Source of the DNA: Mustelus asterias
Taxonomy: Eukaryota
Assembly (NCBI RefSeq): GCF_964213995.1
Contig: NC_135834.1
Coordinates: forward strand, 17,298,001 to 17,362,000
Reading direction: 5' to 3'
Length of the DNA stretch: 64,000 bases
Shown one piece after another: positions 24,380 to 38,032 of the stretch (position 1 is the first letter of the stretch; every line of letters starts with the position of its first letter). Below the pieces are notes generated by a model. It was not told the origin of the DNA. It did no database searches and saw only the letters and a program-made list of their open reading frames with translations. Both the position numbers and the translations under genes were made by a program.

Positions 24380-26660
24380 TGATGTATTTCAGAATTTATC
24401 AAATGAGGGCAAAAAGAATTGATTAAGAATGGAAACGTAGAGTACAAGATTAAGTTTGCGGATAACTTTTCAACTGACTGTAAATGCTTCTATAGGAAGG
24501 TGAAGAGAAAAAGATCGGTAAACTCAAATGGAGGCCACTTCGGTTTAGTGACAGAGAATTTATAATGGGGAATAAAAGATTGTTTACCAACAAAAAACGT
24601 AGTTTTGTTCTGTCTTCTAAGAACATAAGAACATAAGAAATAGGAGCAGGAGTAGGCCATCTAGCCCCTCGAGCCTGCCCCGCCATTCAATAAGATCATG
24701 GCTGATCTGAAGTTGGTCAGTTCCACTTACCCGCCTGATCCCTCTCACCCCTAATTCCCTTACCGATCAGGAATCCATCTATCCGTGATTTAAACATATT
24801 CAACGAGGTAGCCTCCACCACTTCAGTGGGCAGAGAATTCCAGAGATTCACCACCCTCTGAGAGAAGAAGTTCCTCCTCAACTCTGTCCTAAACTGACCC
24901 CCCCCCCCCTTTATTTTGAGGCTGTGCCCTCTAGTTCTAGCTTCCTTTCTAAGTGGAAATAATCTCTCCACCTCTACCCTGTCCAGCCCCTTCATTATCT
25001 TATAGGTCTCTATAAGATCCCCCCTCAGCCTTCTAAATTCCAACGAGTACAAACCCAATCTGCTCAGTCTCTCCTCATAATCAACACCCCTCATCTCTGG
25101 TATCAACCTGGTGAACCTTCTCTGCACTCCCTCCAAGGCCAATATATCCTTCCGTAAATAAGGGTACCAATACTGCGCACAGTATTCCAGCTGCGGCCTC
25201 ACCAATGCCCTGTACAGATGCAGCAAGACATCTCTGCTTTTATATTCTATCCCTCTTGCGATATAGGCCAACATCCCATTTGCCTTCTCAATGGGTTACG
25301 CAAATAAAATGCCGGAAATGTTGGGGAATACAATGTTTACTGACACGGTGGAACTGCAGGAAACCTGCATTGTTCGGGAAAGTGTGTTGGGGAAATTTTT
25401 GGGATTGAAGGCCTAACAATCTCCAGAGCCAGATAATCAACATTCCAGGCTACTTAAAGAAGTGATCCTATAAATAATGGATGCATTGCTGGTCATCATC
25501 CAAAATTCTATTCACTCCAGAACAGTTACTAAGGATTGGTGGTTTGCTATTGTAACCCCAATAATTTTTTAAAAAATAGGTCGAGGAAAAACAACGACTT
25601 ATAGGCCAGTCAGGCTGAAATCGCTAGTGGGGATCATGCTAATGTAAATTATAAATAGTTACTAGCGGAGCATTAGGAATACAATGGCGGCATCGGCAGG
25701 GTCAGCATGGATTTATGAAAGGGAAATCATGCTTGACAAATCTACAGGAATTATTCGAGAATGTAACCAGGGGAATCATTGAAGGAAGCCAGTGGATGCG
25801 GTTTATTTGGACCTCAGCATGCTCTCGACAAAGTGCCATATTCGAGAAGAGTGCGTACAGTTAAAGTACATGGGATTGGGAGTAATGCATTGGGATCGAT
25901 AGAAAACTCTTGACAGACAGGAAGCAAAGAGTAGGAAGACACTGACATGACAGGGAGTGACTAATGTGGTAAACAAGGATCGGTGCTAGGACGAAGTCAT
26001 TCACAGGGTATATTCATGATTTAGATGAGGGAATTAAATGCAATATCTCACATTTACAGGTAACACAAGGCTGGAGCTAAGCTGTGAAGAAGACGTCGAG
26101 ATAATTCACGGTGGTTTGGGCAAGTTGAGTGAATGGGCAAATGCATGGTAGACGCAGCACCATGTGGATAAGTGTGAGGTTATCCACTTTGGCAGCAACA
26201 ACAGGAAGGCAGATTATCATCCGAATGGACATTTTGAGATGGGAATGTGCAGCGAGACATTGGCGTCCTTGTGCACCAGTCGGTGAAAGTAATCATCTTG
26301 GTGCAGCGGGCAGTGAAGGAGGCAAAAGGTGTCTTCTCATTGATAGCGATGGGATTCAGTATCGGAGCAGAAATCTCATGCTGCAGTTGTGCCGGGCCTT
26401 GGTGAGACCACATCTGGAATAAGGCAGCAGTTCTGGTCTCCTTGTTTGGGCATGTATGTTTCTGTTATGGAAGCGGTGCAGCAAACGTTTAACAGACTGA
26501 TTCCTGGGATGGCAAGACTAACATATAAGGCGAATTGAGTCGGTCAGAATTATATTCACTGGAGTTCAGGAGACTGAGGGGGAATCTCAGAGAGACCTAT
26601 AGAATAATACAGGACTAGAGAGGGTAGATGCAAGAACGATGTTCCCATTGCGGGGCAGTC
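24380..26660 (+). mobile_element. Old degenerate CR1 ORF2 with a younger CR1 nested inside
   Basis: Decayed QHGFMKGKSCLTNL at about 25704 and LQLCRALVRPHLE at about 26380; many stops and indels. Confidence 0.75.
24618..25290 (-). mobile_element. CR1 LINE 3' fragment
   Basis: ORF 24717-25274 (LYRALVRPQLEYC...FFSQRVVNLWNSLP) and a (TTCTTATG)n tail. Confidence 0.9.
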
Positions 26661-27505
26661 CTGGAGGATCGTTGTTTTTTCAGAGTAAACATTGATCTCT
26701 GCAACCATAAAATGTTTCCGAATTAAACTGTTACATGACAATGGAAATGACAACAACGTTCCCAATACACGGAAATGCTTCCAACTCCAGTTGTGCTGGG
26801 AGCAAATACGATTCAAAAGTTACAGTTTCTGTTCTGCTCGATGAGTGAGAATAAAGAGTTCTGTGACATGTTGCGAACACTGTCAAATTACGCCCTCTGC
26901 TGTTGGGATATATGTTAACGAATTGATTTTCTTGCTGAACGGAAAATAATTAAAAACTGTGGCCAATGCGAAACTACAGTAAAATCGTCGTGCAGGAACC
27001 GAACATTAACGGCATTGAAGTGTTTCCAACCTCTGTGAGAAGATTAAAAATTTAAATTTGAGATGAAAAAATCGATTATCGAAAACTAAAGAACACCATA
27101 CTAAAATGAGTACAGAAAAATATGGCCAACGCCGGTAGCACACAAAGAGAAGCATATAAAATTAAACAATGGGATATATTTGAGTGCTGCATAACAAACT
27201 GCACACGTGGAACTGTCCTGGAACTCCAACTGTCAGGGAGATCAGGCGTTTTATCAGGGGACGTAGCAGAGAGAATATTCAGGACATCCATCCAGCAGGT
27301 AGGTCATGGACTGTATCATGGAATGTACCAAACAGAATGTCCTGGAACTTCACCAGATTTTTGCAGGTTACAAAAGAATTGTTGAAATGATGGGAAGAGA
27401 TAGGGGGCTGTGAAGATTGTGTCTTATTCATGAAACCCAATTTTTGGAATGGCAATATGGTGATATCAGATCATTGAGGTATTATGGAGGATGGGAAGCA
27501 AAAGT

Positions 27506-30091
27506 TAGAAACATAGAAACATGGAAGAACTACAGCACAAAACTGGCCCTTTGGCCCCACAAGTTGTGCCGAACACATCCCTACCTTCTAGGCCTACCTA
27601 TAACCCTCCATCCTATTAAGTCCCATGTACACATCCAGGAGTCTCTTAAAAGACCCTATTGAGTTTGCCTCCACCACCACTGACGGCAGCCGATTCCACT
27701 CGCCCACCACCCTCTGTGTGAAAAACTTCCCCCGAACATCTCCCCTGTACCTACCCCCCAGCACCTTAAACCTGTGTCCTCTCGCAGCAGCCATTTCCAC
27801 CCTGGGAAAAGCCTCTGAGAGTCCACCCGATCTATGCCTCTCAACATCTTATATATCTCTATGAGGTCTCCTCTCATCCGACGTCTCTCCAAGGAGAAAA
27901 GACCGAGCTCCCTCAGCCTATCCTCATACGGCATGCCACTCAATCCAAGCAACATCCTTGTAAATCTCCTCTGCACCCTTTCAATCTTTTCCACATCCTT
28001 CCTGTAATGAGGCGACCAGAACTGAGCACAGTACTCCAAGTGGGGTCTGACGAGGGTCTTATATAGCTGCATCATTATCCCCGGACTCCTAAACTCAATC
28101 CCTTGATTGATAAAGGCCAGCACACCATACGCCTTCTTAACCACCTCCTCCACCTGCGGGGCCGATTTTAGAGTCCTATGGACCCGGACCCCAAGGTCCT
28201 TCTGATCCTCTACAGTACTAAGAGTCTTTCCCTTTATATTGTACTCCTTCATCCCATTTGACCTGCCAAAATGGACCACTACGCATTTATCTGGGTTGAA
28301 GTCCATCTGCCACTTCTCCGCCCAGTCTTGCATGCTATCTATGCCCCTCTGTAACTTCTGACATCCCTCCAGACTGTCCACAACCCCACCAACGTTCGTG
28401 TCGTCGGCAAACGTACCAACCCATCCCTCCACTTGCTCATCCAGGTCATTTATGAAAATGACAAACAGCAAGGGTCCCAGAACAGATCCCTGGGGCACAC
28501 CACTGGTGACCGACCTCCATTTAGAAGAAGACCCATCTATACCCACTCTCTGCTTCCTTTGGGCAAGCCAGTTCTGGATCCACAGGGCAGCAGCCCCTTG
28601 GATCCCATGCCCTCTCACTTTTTCTAGAAGCCTTGCATGGGGGCCCTTATCGAACGCCTTGCTAAAATCCATATAAACCACATCTACCGCTTTCCCTTCG
28701 TCAATGTGTTTAGTCACATTTTCGAAGAACTCCACCAGGCTCGTAAGGCACGATCTGCCTTTGACAAAGCCATGCTGAGTATTCTTGAGCATACTAAACC
28801 TCTCTAAATGCTCATAAAACTTGTCCCTCAGGATCTTCTCCATCAGCTTACCAACCACTGAGGTTAGACTCACCGGTCAGTAATTTCCTGGGCTATCCCT
28901 ATTCCCCTTCTTGGAAATAGGAACCACATCCGCAATCCTCCAATCCTCCAGCACCTCTCCCGTCTCCATCGACGACGCAAAGATCATCGCTAGAGGCTCT
29001 GCAATCTCTTCCCTCGCCTCCAACAGTAACCTGGGGTTACGGACCCGGCGACTTATCTATCTTGATGCCATTCAAAGATTCCAGCACAACCTCTTTGTTA
29101 AAGTCTACATAATCAATCTTTTCAGTCCACCGCAAGCCCGCAGTACATCACCCAGATCCTTCTCCTCTGTGAAAACCGAGGCAAAATACTCACTAAGCAC
29201 ATCTGCCATTTCTACTGGTTCTGTGCAGATTTTCCCGCCTTCACCTTCTATCGGCCCTATTCCTTCACGTCTCATCCTTTTACTCTTCACATATTTATAG
29301 ACCGCCTTAGGGTTTTCCTTAATCCTACCTGCCAAGGCCTTCTCGTGACCCCTTCTGGCTCTCCTAATTTCCTTCTTTAGTCCCTTCCTACAAGCCGTAT
29401 ACTCATCTAGATCCCGATCTTCGCCAAGGTCTCTGAACCTTTTGTATGCTTTCCTTTTCTTCTCGACTCGGTCCCGCACAGCTTTCGTGCACCACGGTTC
29501 CTTTAACCTACCAACTCCTCCCTGTCTGCTCGAAACGTTGTCCTGTAGAACTCTAGACAGACATTACTTGAAAAACTGCCACCTCTCTTCAGTACATTTC
29601 CCCGAGAATACCTCCTTCCAATGTATTCCTCTAATTTGCTGCCTTATGTCTTCATATTTCCCCTTACTCCACATAAACGCTTTCCTAGCTTGCCTGATCC
29701 TCTCTTTTTCCAATAAAAGCATAAAGGAGATAGAGTTATGATCGCTTTCCCCAAGATGCTCTCCCACTGAGAGATCTGACACCTGTCCAGGTTCATTGGT
29801 CAGTATCAGATCAAGTACAGCCTCTCCTCTTGTAGGCTTGTCCACATGCTGTGTCAGGAAACCCTCCTGAACACACTTAACGAACTCCTCCCTATCCAAT
29901 CCCCTTACCCTCGGGATATTCCAATCTATCTTTGGGAAATTAAAGTCTCCCATCACAACAACTCTGCTATTATTGCAACTCTCCAGGATCTGTTTCCCTA
30001 TCTGCTCCTCCACCTCCCTGTTACTATTGGGCGGCCTATAGAAAACTCCCAGCAAAGTGATCGACCCTTTCCCACTCCGAACTTCCACCCA
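27506..30091 (-). mobile_element. 5'-truncated, frameshifted CR1 LINE (endonuclease C-half and RT)
   Basis: ORFs 29564-30124, 29105-29479 and 27656-28873 (FADD) are collinear parts of ORF2; (TTCTATGT)n tail. Confidence 0.92.
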
Positions 30092-31616
30092 CCGAGAATT
30101 CTGGAAAGATTTACCAGGATCCATGTTTCACTAAATGCTTGAAGCGGATAAAGCGGTAAACACGACGGGGACTCAATATCTTTAACCGTTTGCATAAAGA
30201 CGCAGACACAGGTGGATTATTGTCTCTGATCTCTGAAGGGTGGATAGCTTCACATTAACATCCAGAATATTTAATGTCAGTTTTAAGGCAATAACGAATG
30301 AAGGATAGGGAAGATAGATACAAACTGAGGGTCTACATAAATGGTTAGTGCAAAGTAAATGAATTAATTGCAAAATAAATTTAGTATAGTTGGTTGAGAA
30401 AAGTGGCACATTCAAATGTTTAAGACAGTGGAGAGAAAAAGAAAACGGTCTCTGAGCTCAGAAACATGTTAATGTTTCAGACAGATCTGACTAAGACCAA
30501 GGAATCAAGGTCAATATCGCCTTATGGCTGGATCCACACAACGTTTGCATGAAAATTTGGCAACTTGGCAACATTTCGACATCTGATTGATGCGTACAAA
30601 TTATTTGAAGGAGATTCATTGTATGATTTCACTGGGACCAGATAAGCTGCTTTCACAGTACTGACGTTGTCACTATTGTTCCTTCCGTGTTGTGCCCATT
30701 CTATTCCATAACAACATTCCCAGAATAATTTCCATTTGCTCATTTGAAATTCAGGGTTTTATCTTAACGTTATGGCATTCGCGAGGACACTTTGCCTCAT
30801 TTATTTCGAGCTTGTTTATCTTTAACCCCAAGGCAGTGAAGCACGAATGCTACCTCCATTAAAGATTGAAGCTGTGAGAAATGGTGGATTTTAATCACAG
30901 AGGTGCCATTCCCTTGAGTGGCAACGGGGGAGGTGGAGCCGTGGAGTCGTGGAGATGTGACAGGCCCTAGACTAAGAACGGGAGCGGGATGATTGGAGTA
31001 TACGGGGTCGCTCTGATACCTCTGCGAAGCAGTACCCTCAACAAATTCTAAACTTATTTCCATCTTTCGTGGACGTAACAATGGTTAGGTTTCCCACTGT
31101 TTTCTAAAACCAGCTGATGATTCTGTGTGTATAACACCATGTTAAGAAGAAAAACACGAAAATGTCGATAATCGTTCCCCACAACGAGTAGGAATCTATA
31201 CACAGCCCATCAGTTTTACGATAGAAGTGTTAAGAAATCAGAATATTTCCAAGAACCGTAAAGCACACATATAATTCTGCTAAAGGTGATGAATATCGAT
31301 ACTGGCATTTTAAACATTTCCAGTTAAATACAGTTTAGTCAATCGAACTCCATTCGTTTTCAAAATACAGTTACAATTCGCATGCTTAGAAATAAGCAAT
31401 CATCAGCGCCTTGGTAACACCGTGGAACATTCTGACTTTGTTGTTGCAACAAAAAAATCAAAAGCAAATCAAAAGTTTACAATGTCACTAATACCCATCA
31501 GGGAAGAAGAAATTCCTCGTCAGTCTGATGCGACTCATCAAATCTGCCGAGATTACCGCTATGCTTCACTTTAAATTTGAACTCCGGTGTTATTGCTTTG
31601 AACAAACAAACAGTCC

Positions 31617-31948
31617 TTAGAGACCACAAGTCTCCAAGCTGATGGATGTGTGGACCAGCGTGTCCTGAGACTTGTATCTGAAAAGACACGAGTAATGTTC
31701 ATTCGAGTTCCATGCCCCGATAGGAAGATTCAAGTAGCTGCTCACGCTGTCGCTGTTGTCGCTCTCAAGATGAGGTAGGTTTGCATACACTCCGCTCTGT
31801 GTCTCACTCCCCCGCACTTTCCACAGGATGACCCCGAAAGCTGGATAGAAGCCGCGGATCAGACAGCTCAGCGTCACTGTTTCAGCTGAAGTCACTTCTT
31901 GGCGTGAAGGCGGAAACAATTCCAGTGATGGCGCCTGCCGTTGACGGT
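31617..31948 (-). pseudogene. Ig light-chain-type constant (C1-set) exon
   Basis: APSLELFPPSRQEV...TLSCLIRGFYP...W...SVSSYL...WNSNEHYSC...SISLETCGL*. C1-set Cys-Trp-Cys pattern, a near-terminal Cys as used for the H-L disulfide, and a stop with no TM segment. The expected phase-1 acceptor reads ttacAC rather than AG. Confidence 0.85.
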
Positions 31949-32150
31949 GTGTAACAGCCTGTACCTGGATGTCAGTAAAGCTCATTCTAGAATGCGTCAT
32001 CACAATAACATAACGTTATGGTTATCACAGAAACAGAAGACGATGAAACACAAAATGTAGTTGCCATCAGTACTTCCCGCCAGCTTTTCAAACATTTATT
32101 GATCTTTCCTCACAGAACTGTCCTTTCCCATTCGCTGCATAATGTTTTCT

Positions 32151-33117
32151 CCCACTGCTGTTTGTAATATTTATTAATGATCTGGATGAGGGTCTCGTTG
32201 GGTGGATTAGCAAATTTGCTGATGACACCAAAGTCGGTGGTGTGGTAGACAGTGAGGAAGGGTGTCGTAGTTTGCAGGAAGACTTAGACAGGTTGCAAAG
32301 TTGGGCCGAGAGGTGGCGGATGGAGTTTAATGCGGAGAAGTGTGAGGTAATTCACTTTGGTAGGAATAACAGATGTGTTGAGTATAGGGCTAACGGGAGG
32401 ACTTTGAATAGTGTGGAGGAGCAGAGGGATCTAGGTGTATGTGTGCATAGATCCCTGAAAGTTGGGAATCAAGTAGATAAGGTTGTTAAGAAGGCATATG
32501 GTGTCTTGGCGTTTATTGGTAGGGGGATTGAATTTAGGAGTCGTAGCGTTATGTTGCAACTGTACACAACTCTGGTGCGGCCGCACTTGGAGTACTGTGT
32601 GCAGTTCTGGTCCCCACATTACAGGAAGGATGTGGAGGCTTTGGAGAGGGTGCAGAGGAGGTTTACCAGGATGTTGCCTGGTATGGAGGGGAGATCCTAT
32701 GAGGAGAGGCTGAGGGATTTGGGATTGTTTTCGCTGGAAAGGCGGCGGCTAAGAGGGGATCTTATTGAAACATATAAGATGATTAGAGGTTTAGATAGGG
32801 TGGATAGTGATAGCCTTTTTCCTCTGATGGAGAAATCCAGCACGAGGGGGCATGGCTTTAAATTGAGGGGGGGTAGTTATAGAACCGATGTCAGGGGTAG
32901 GTTCTTTACCCAGAGGGTGGTGAGGGATTGGAATGCCCTGCCAGCATCAGTTGTAAATGCGCCTAGTTTGGGGGCGTTTAAGAGATCCGTAGATAGGTTC
33001 ATGGACGAAAAGAAATTGGTTTAGGTTGGAGGGTCACAGTTTTTTTTTTAACTGGTCGGTGCAACATCGTGGGCCGAAGGGCCTGTTCTGCGCTGTAATG
33101 TTCTATGTTCTATGTTC
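32151..33117 (+). mobile_element. CR1 LINE 3' fragment in the J-C intron
   Basis: KFADDTK at the 5' end, ORF 32242-33024, (GTTCTAT)n tail. Confidence 0.9.
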
Positions 33118-34314
33118 AAACATATATCCATCCCCATTTGAAAACTGGTAATGAATCGGCTTCTACTGTCCTCATAGTCAGTGCACTCCACGTCATAACA
33201 ACTCGTTGCATCAAGTATCTCCTCAAGACTGCTGTTTCTTTTTTCAGTGAACATAAACATTTCTTGTGTGATAACAAACTTTTCTCTCGGTGGTAATTGT
33301 ATTTGCCTTATCTACGCTATGAGTCATTTACACTCTAAAAATGGGCAATGAATTGACTTGTGAGGCTGGAACTAGAATTTCATATTAGTTTTTACAGCCA
33401 GGTCCCAAACCCACAAACCTCTGCCTCCACCGCTACAGAGCTACCACTGAGCCATAGCTGTGACAACAGAAATGATACCGAGTTGGAATGTAACAGCTCA
33501 CTAGATAGACATTGATATGACACTCGTTATTCCAGTAGAATAATATAACTGAATTGCAGAATTCACTCCCTGCCCCGTACTATCGTGAAATTTGTAATAT
33601 AATTAGCCCTCGTTTATTTTTGTAGATACTGATTGATAGCGTTGAGTGCTTCCTTATCTCTGATAAACACGATCCGCATTTTGATTTAATATTTTACCAC
33701 GGAGGTCTATGTGTTCACTTTACTTATGCCCAAAATATGGCGCCAAAATGTAGGTCTGCAAAGCCAATAAAAATCGAAAATTCAAATCCTTAGACTTGCT
33801 GAAAAATGGCCGGATCTTCTCGGCCGTTCACGCCGACAGAGTTCTCTCGTCCCGTTGCAGGGACCGGAGATTTGGCTAAGCACCAAATTCTCCATCCTCG
33901 TTTGCAGAGGCGGCCAGGTGTGAACGGCTGGAAAATGTCTGTTCCATAATGCTTAATTTCGAACATTTTCTTGGTATTCAGATGTTCAAATATACAGGTT
34001 GCCAATAAATGAAATAAATTCTGTCAATGTTTGATTTCAAATAACTGCATTTGCTCAGAATTCAAGATTCTATTGCTTCAATCGTTTTCGCTATGTTTGG
34101 TTCGCTTTGAATTGAAATCAGTGCGTTAATTCTGGAACAGACAGTCGTTGAATGTACTGTGAAGTATTGGTTATAAATCCTGTACCCACATACAGTAAAT
34201 ACCCGCTCACACTGCTGCCAGCAGGCTCCAGAGCAAAAACTTGCATCATTTACTGAGCATAATTTAACGACGATTTGTAGAGCGATTGTTGCATGATGGA
34301 TCTCTCAAACGTTA

Positions 34315-34402
34315 AGGTCTTCAAAGTTTTGGTTGGAGGTCTTCAAAGTTTTGGTTGGAGGTCTTCAAAGTTTTGGTTGGAGGTCTTCAAAGTTTTGGTT
34401 GG
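34315..34402 (+). repeat. 22-bp tandem repeat x4 at the LINE 5' junction
   Basis: AGGTCTTCAAAGTTTTGGTTGG repeated exactly four times. Confidence 0.9.
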
Positions 34403-37113
34403 GGAACATGTGGCAAATAGTGACCACAATTCTGTTAGCTTTAGGATAGTGGTGGAAAAGGATGAGTGGTGTCCCAAGGGTAAGGTGTTGGATTGAGGGA
34501 AGGCTAACTTTATTGGGATCAGGCAGAAATTGGCAGCTCTTGATTGGGAGAGGCTGTTTGAGGGTAAATCCACATCTGGTATGTGGCAGTCTTTTAAGGA
34601 ACGGTTGTTAGGGCTACAGGACAAGCATGTGCCTGTAAAAAAGAAGGATAGGAAGGGTAGGATTAGAGAGCCGTGGATAACCAGGGAAATTGAGGGACTG
34701 GTCAAAAAGAAAAGAGAGGCGTATGTTAGGTCCAAGCAGCTAAAAACGGAGGGAGCTCTGGAGGAGTACAATGAAAGTAGGAAAGTACTCAAACGGGGAA
34801 TTAGAAGAGCAAAAAGGGGTCACGAAATGTTCTTGGCAGACAGGATTAAGGAGAATCCCAAGGCATTTTATTCATACGTTAGGAACAAAAGGGTTGTCAG
34901 AGAAATAATCGGACCTCTCAGGGACAAAAGTGGGGACTTATGCTTGGAGCCCAAAGAAGTAGGGGAGATCCTAAATGAATACTTTGCGTCGGTATTCACA
35001 AAGGAGAGGAATGTGTTGACTGGGAGTGTCTCTGAGGGGAGTGTTGAACCGTTGGAGAAAATCTCCATTACAAAGGAGGAAGTGTTAGGTTTGTTAGAGA
35101 ATATAAAGACTGACAAATCCCCAGGGCCTGATGGAATCTATCCAAGGCTGCTCAGGGAGACGAGAGGTGAAATCGTTGGGCCTCTGACGCAAATCTTTGT
35201 CTCGTCACTGGACGCAGGTGAGGTCCCAGAGGATTGGAGGATAGCCAATGTGGTCCCGTTATTTAAGAAGGGTAGGAAGGATAACCCGGGTAATTATACG
35301 CCGGTGAGCTTGACGTCCGTGGTGGGGAAGTTGTTGGAGAAGATTCTTAGAGATAGGATGTATGCGCATTTAGAAAGGAATAAACTCATTAACGATAGTC
35401 AGCATGGTTTTGTGAGAGGGAGGTCATGCCTCACTAACCTGGTGGTGTTTTTTGAAGAAGTGACCAAAATGGTTGACGAAGGAAGGGCCGTGGATGTTGT
35501 CTATATGGACTTTAGTAAAGCGTTTGACAAAGTCCCTCATGGTAGGCTGGTGAAAAAGGTTGGATCCCATGGGATAAAGGGGGAGGTGGCTAGATGGGTG
35601 GAGAACTGGCTTGGTCATAGAAGACAGAGGGTGGTAGTGGAAGGGTCTTTTTCCGGCTGGAGGCCTGTGACTAGTGGTGTACCGCAGGGCTCTGTATTGG
35701 GACCTCTGCTGTTTGTGATTTATATAAATGATCTGGAAGAAGGAGTAACTGGGGTGATCAGTAAGTTTGCGGACGACACAAAACTGGCAGGACTTGCAGA
35801 TAGTGAGGAACATTGTCAGAGGCTACAGAAGGATATAGATAGGCTGGAAATTTGGGCAAGGAAATGGCAGATGGAGTTCAATCCTGATAAATGCGAAGTG
35901 ATGCATTTTGTTGGGAATAATGTAGGGAGGAGCTACACGATAAATGGAAGAACCATAAAGGGTGTAGAGACGCCGAGGGACCTGGGTGTGCAAGTCCACA
36001 GATCTTTGAAGGTGACGTCACAGGTGGAGAAGGTGGTGAAGAACGCATATGGCATGCTTGCCTTTATAGGACGGGGCATAGAGTATAAGAGTTGGGGTCT
36101 GATGTTGCAGATGTATAGAACGTTGGTTCGGCCGCATTTGGAATACTGCGTCCCGTTCTGGTCGCCACACTACCAGAAGGACGTGGAGGCTTTGGAGAGA
36201 GTACAGAGGAGGTTTACCAGGATGTTGCCTGGTATGGAGGGGCTTGGTTATGAGGAGAGATTGGGGAAACTGGGGTTGTTCTCCTTGGAAAGACGGAGGA
36301 TGAGGGGAGACTTAATAGAGGTGTATAAAATTATGAAAGGCATAGATAGGGTGAACGGTGGGAAGCTTTTCCCCGGGTCGGTGGTGACGTTCACGAGGGG
36401 TCATAGGTTCAAGGTGAAGGGGGGGAGGTTTAACACAGATATCAGGAGGACATATTTTACACAGAGGGTCGTGGGGGCCTGGAATGTGTTGGAGGCGGAC
36501 ACACTGGGAACGTTTAAGACTTATCTAGACAGCTATATGAACGGTGTGGGAATGGAGGGATACAAAAGAGTGGTCTAGTTTGGACCAGGGAGCGGCGCGG
36601 GCTAACTATTCCTTGTTTCTCGTTTCAAGGCTTCATTCTATGATCATCTTGCTGGTGCCAGTACAGAGCGAGACTGCGGATAGTTGGGAACCTGTCTCGG
36701 GGGCAGGGAATTCATATGGTGTTCGTGGAAGTGGAAATGACTAGGGTTGGGAAGCATTTTCCCATCAGGGCCAGTGTGATCTCCTGGACTCGTTTCGATC
36801 GCCTCAGGGGGTCGGAGAGGAATTTCCCAGATTTTTTTTCCCCATATTGGCCCTGGGGTTTTCACTCTGGGTTTTCGCCTCTCCCTGGAGATCACATGGT
36901 CTGGAATGGGGGGGGTGGGGTGAGTTAATAGGTTGTGATGAACAAAGCATCGTAGCTGTGAGGGACAGCTCGGTGGATAGGATATTGGTATGTAGATAGG
37001 CTGGAAAATTGGGCGGGGATCCTGGATTCAGGATTCAATCCTGGACCGGGGAGCGGCGCGGGCTTGGAGGGCCGAAGGGCCTGCTCCTGTGCTGTATTGT
37101 TCTTTGTTCTTTG
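34315..37113 (+). mobile_element. 5'-truncated CR1 LINE in the J-C intron
   Basis: ORF 34530-36578 with KFADDTK; same 3' UTR and tail as 20681-23034. Confidence 0.93.
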
Positions 37114-37341
37114 TTAAGAAAATAAACATCCTGTGACAGCAAGCATCACTCAATGATACAATAACATTCCCGAAAAACGTGTTTCACACAGCAATATAAA
37201 TTATTTCCTCGTTATTTATTATTACTGGGCAGTGTTGTCATTATGAGGAAATAATTTACATTGCTGTGTGAAACACCTTTTTCGGGAATGTTATTGTATC
37301 ATTGAGTGATGCTTGCTGTCACAGGATGTTTATTTTCTTAA
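37114..37341. repeat. Long inverted repeat with 97-bp arms and a 34-bp spacer
   Basis: 37114-37210 is the reverse complement of 37245-37341 with two mismatches seen. Confidence 0.9.
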
Positions 37342-37352
37342 TTGATTAGCAC

Positions 37353-37636
37353 CAATAAACATTACCCAGTAATAATAAATACACAATAGAATCAATAAAC
37401 ATCACCCAGTAATAATAAATACACAATAGAATCAATAAACATCACCCAGTAATAATAAATACACAGTAGAATCAATAAACATCACCCAGTAATAATCAAT
37501 TGAGATTCGGGTCAATTAACATCGCCAAGTAATAATAAATGGAGATTAGCATCAAGAAACATCACCTAGTAATAATTAATAGAGATTATGGTCAATAAAC
37601 ATTACCTACTATCAATGAATTTATCTCAGTAATAAT
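37353..37636. repeat. 40-bp AT-rich minisatellite, about 7 copies degrading rightward
   Basis: Unit CAATAAACATCACCCAGTAATAATAAATACACAATAGAAT. Confidence 0.88.
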
Positions 37637-38032
37637 CCCCGTGGGGGTAAAAAGTCGTAACGGGTATTGACGCCAAACTAGCGGTAATGTGACTGATTAT
37701 CGGATGCTGTGTCTCAAGTGAGGCTTAACTGATAGAGTCCATTAATATAAGAACCATTGGTTCATGATCAGAAGAAGTCGAAATTGCCTGGGGTTTGTCA
37801 CAAACCTGACAATAATTCAACATGGGGCACTTGCCCCGTTGTCAGCTGAACGATCACTGAGCCTATCTTTTTTCCTCAACCGATAAAATGATAGTTGCTG
37901 AATGTTATAAAGTGTAAAAGGACATGTCAATGCTGTCATGGCGTAATTGCAAGTTATGGTCTCTTGGGTATGATAAAATTATGAAATATAAAATATGCTC
38001 TCAATACAAATAATTCCTTAGTATTGACTTAC

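Noticed and set aside
33808-33942. Short imperfect palindromic element (similar one near 55855-56005)
   Set aside because: Probably a common MITE-like repeat, but termini and TSD are too degraded to call.
37353-37636. CRISPR-like repeat-spacer appearance
   Set aside because: The variable parts are homologous to each other, the context is vertebrate, and there are no cas genes.
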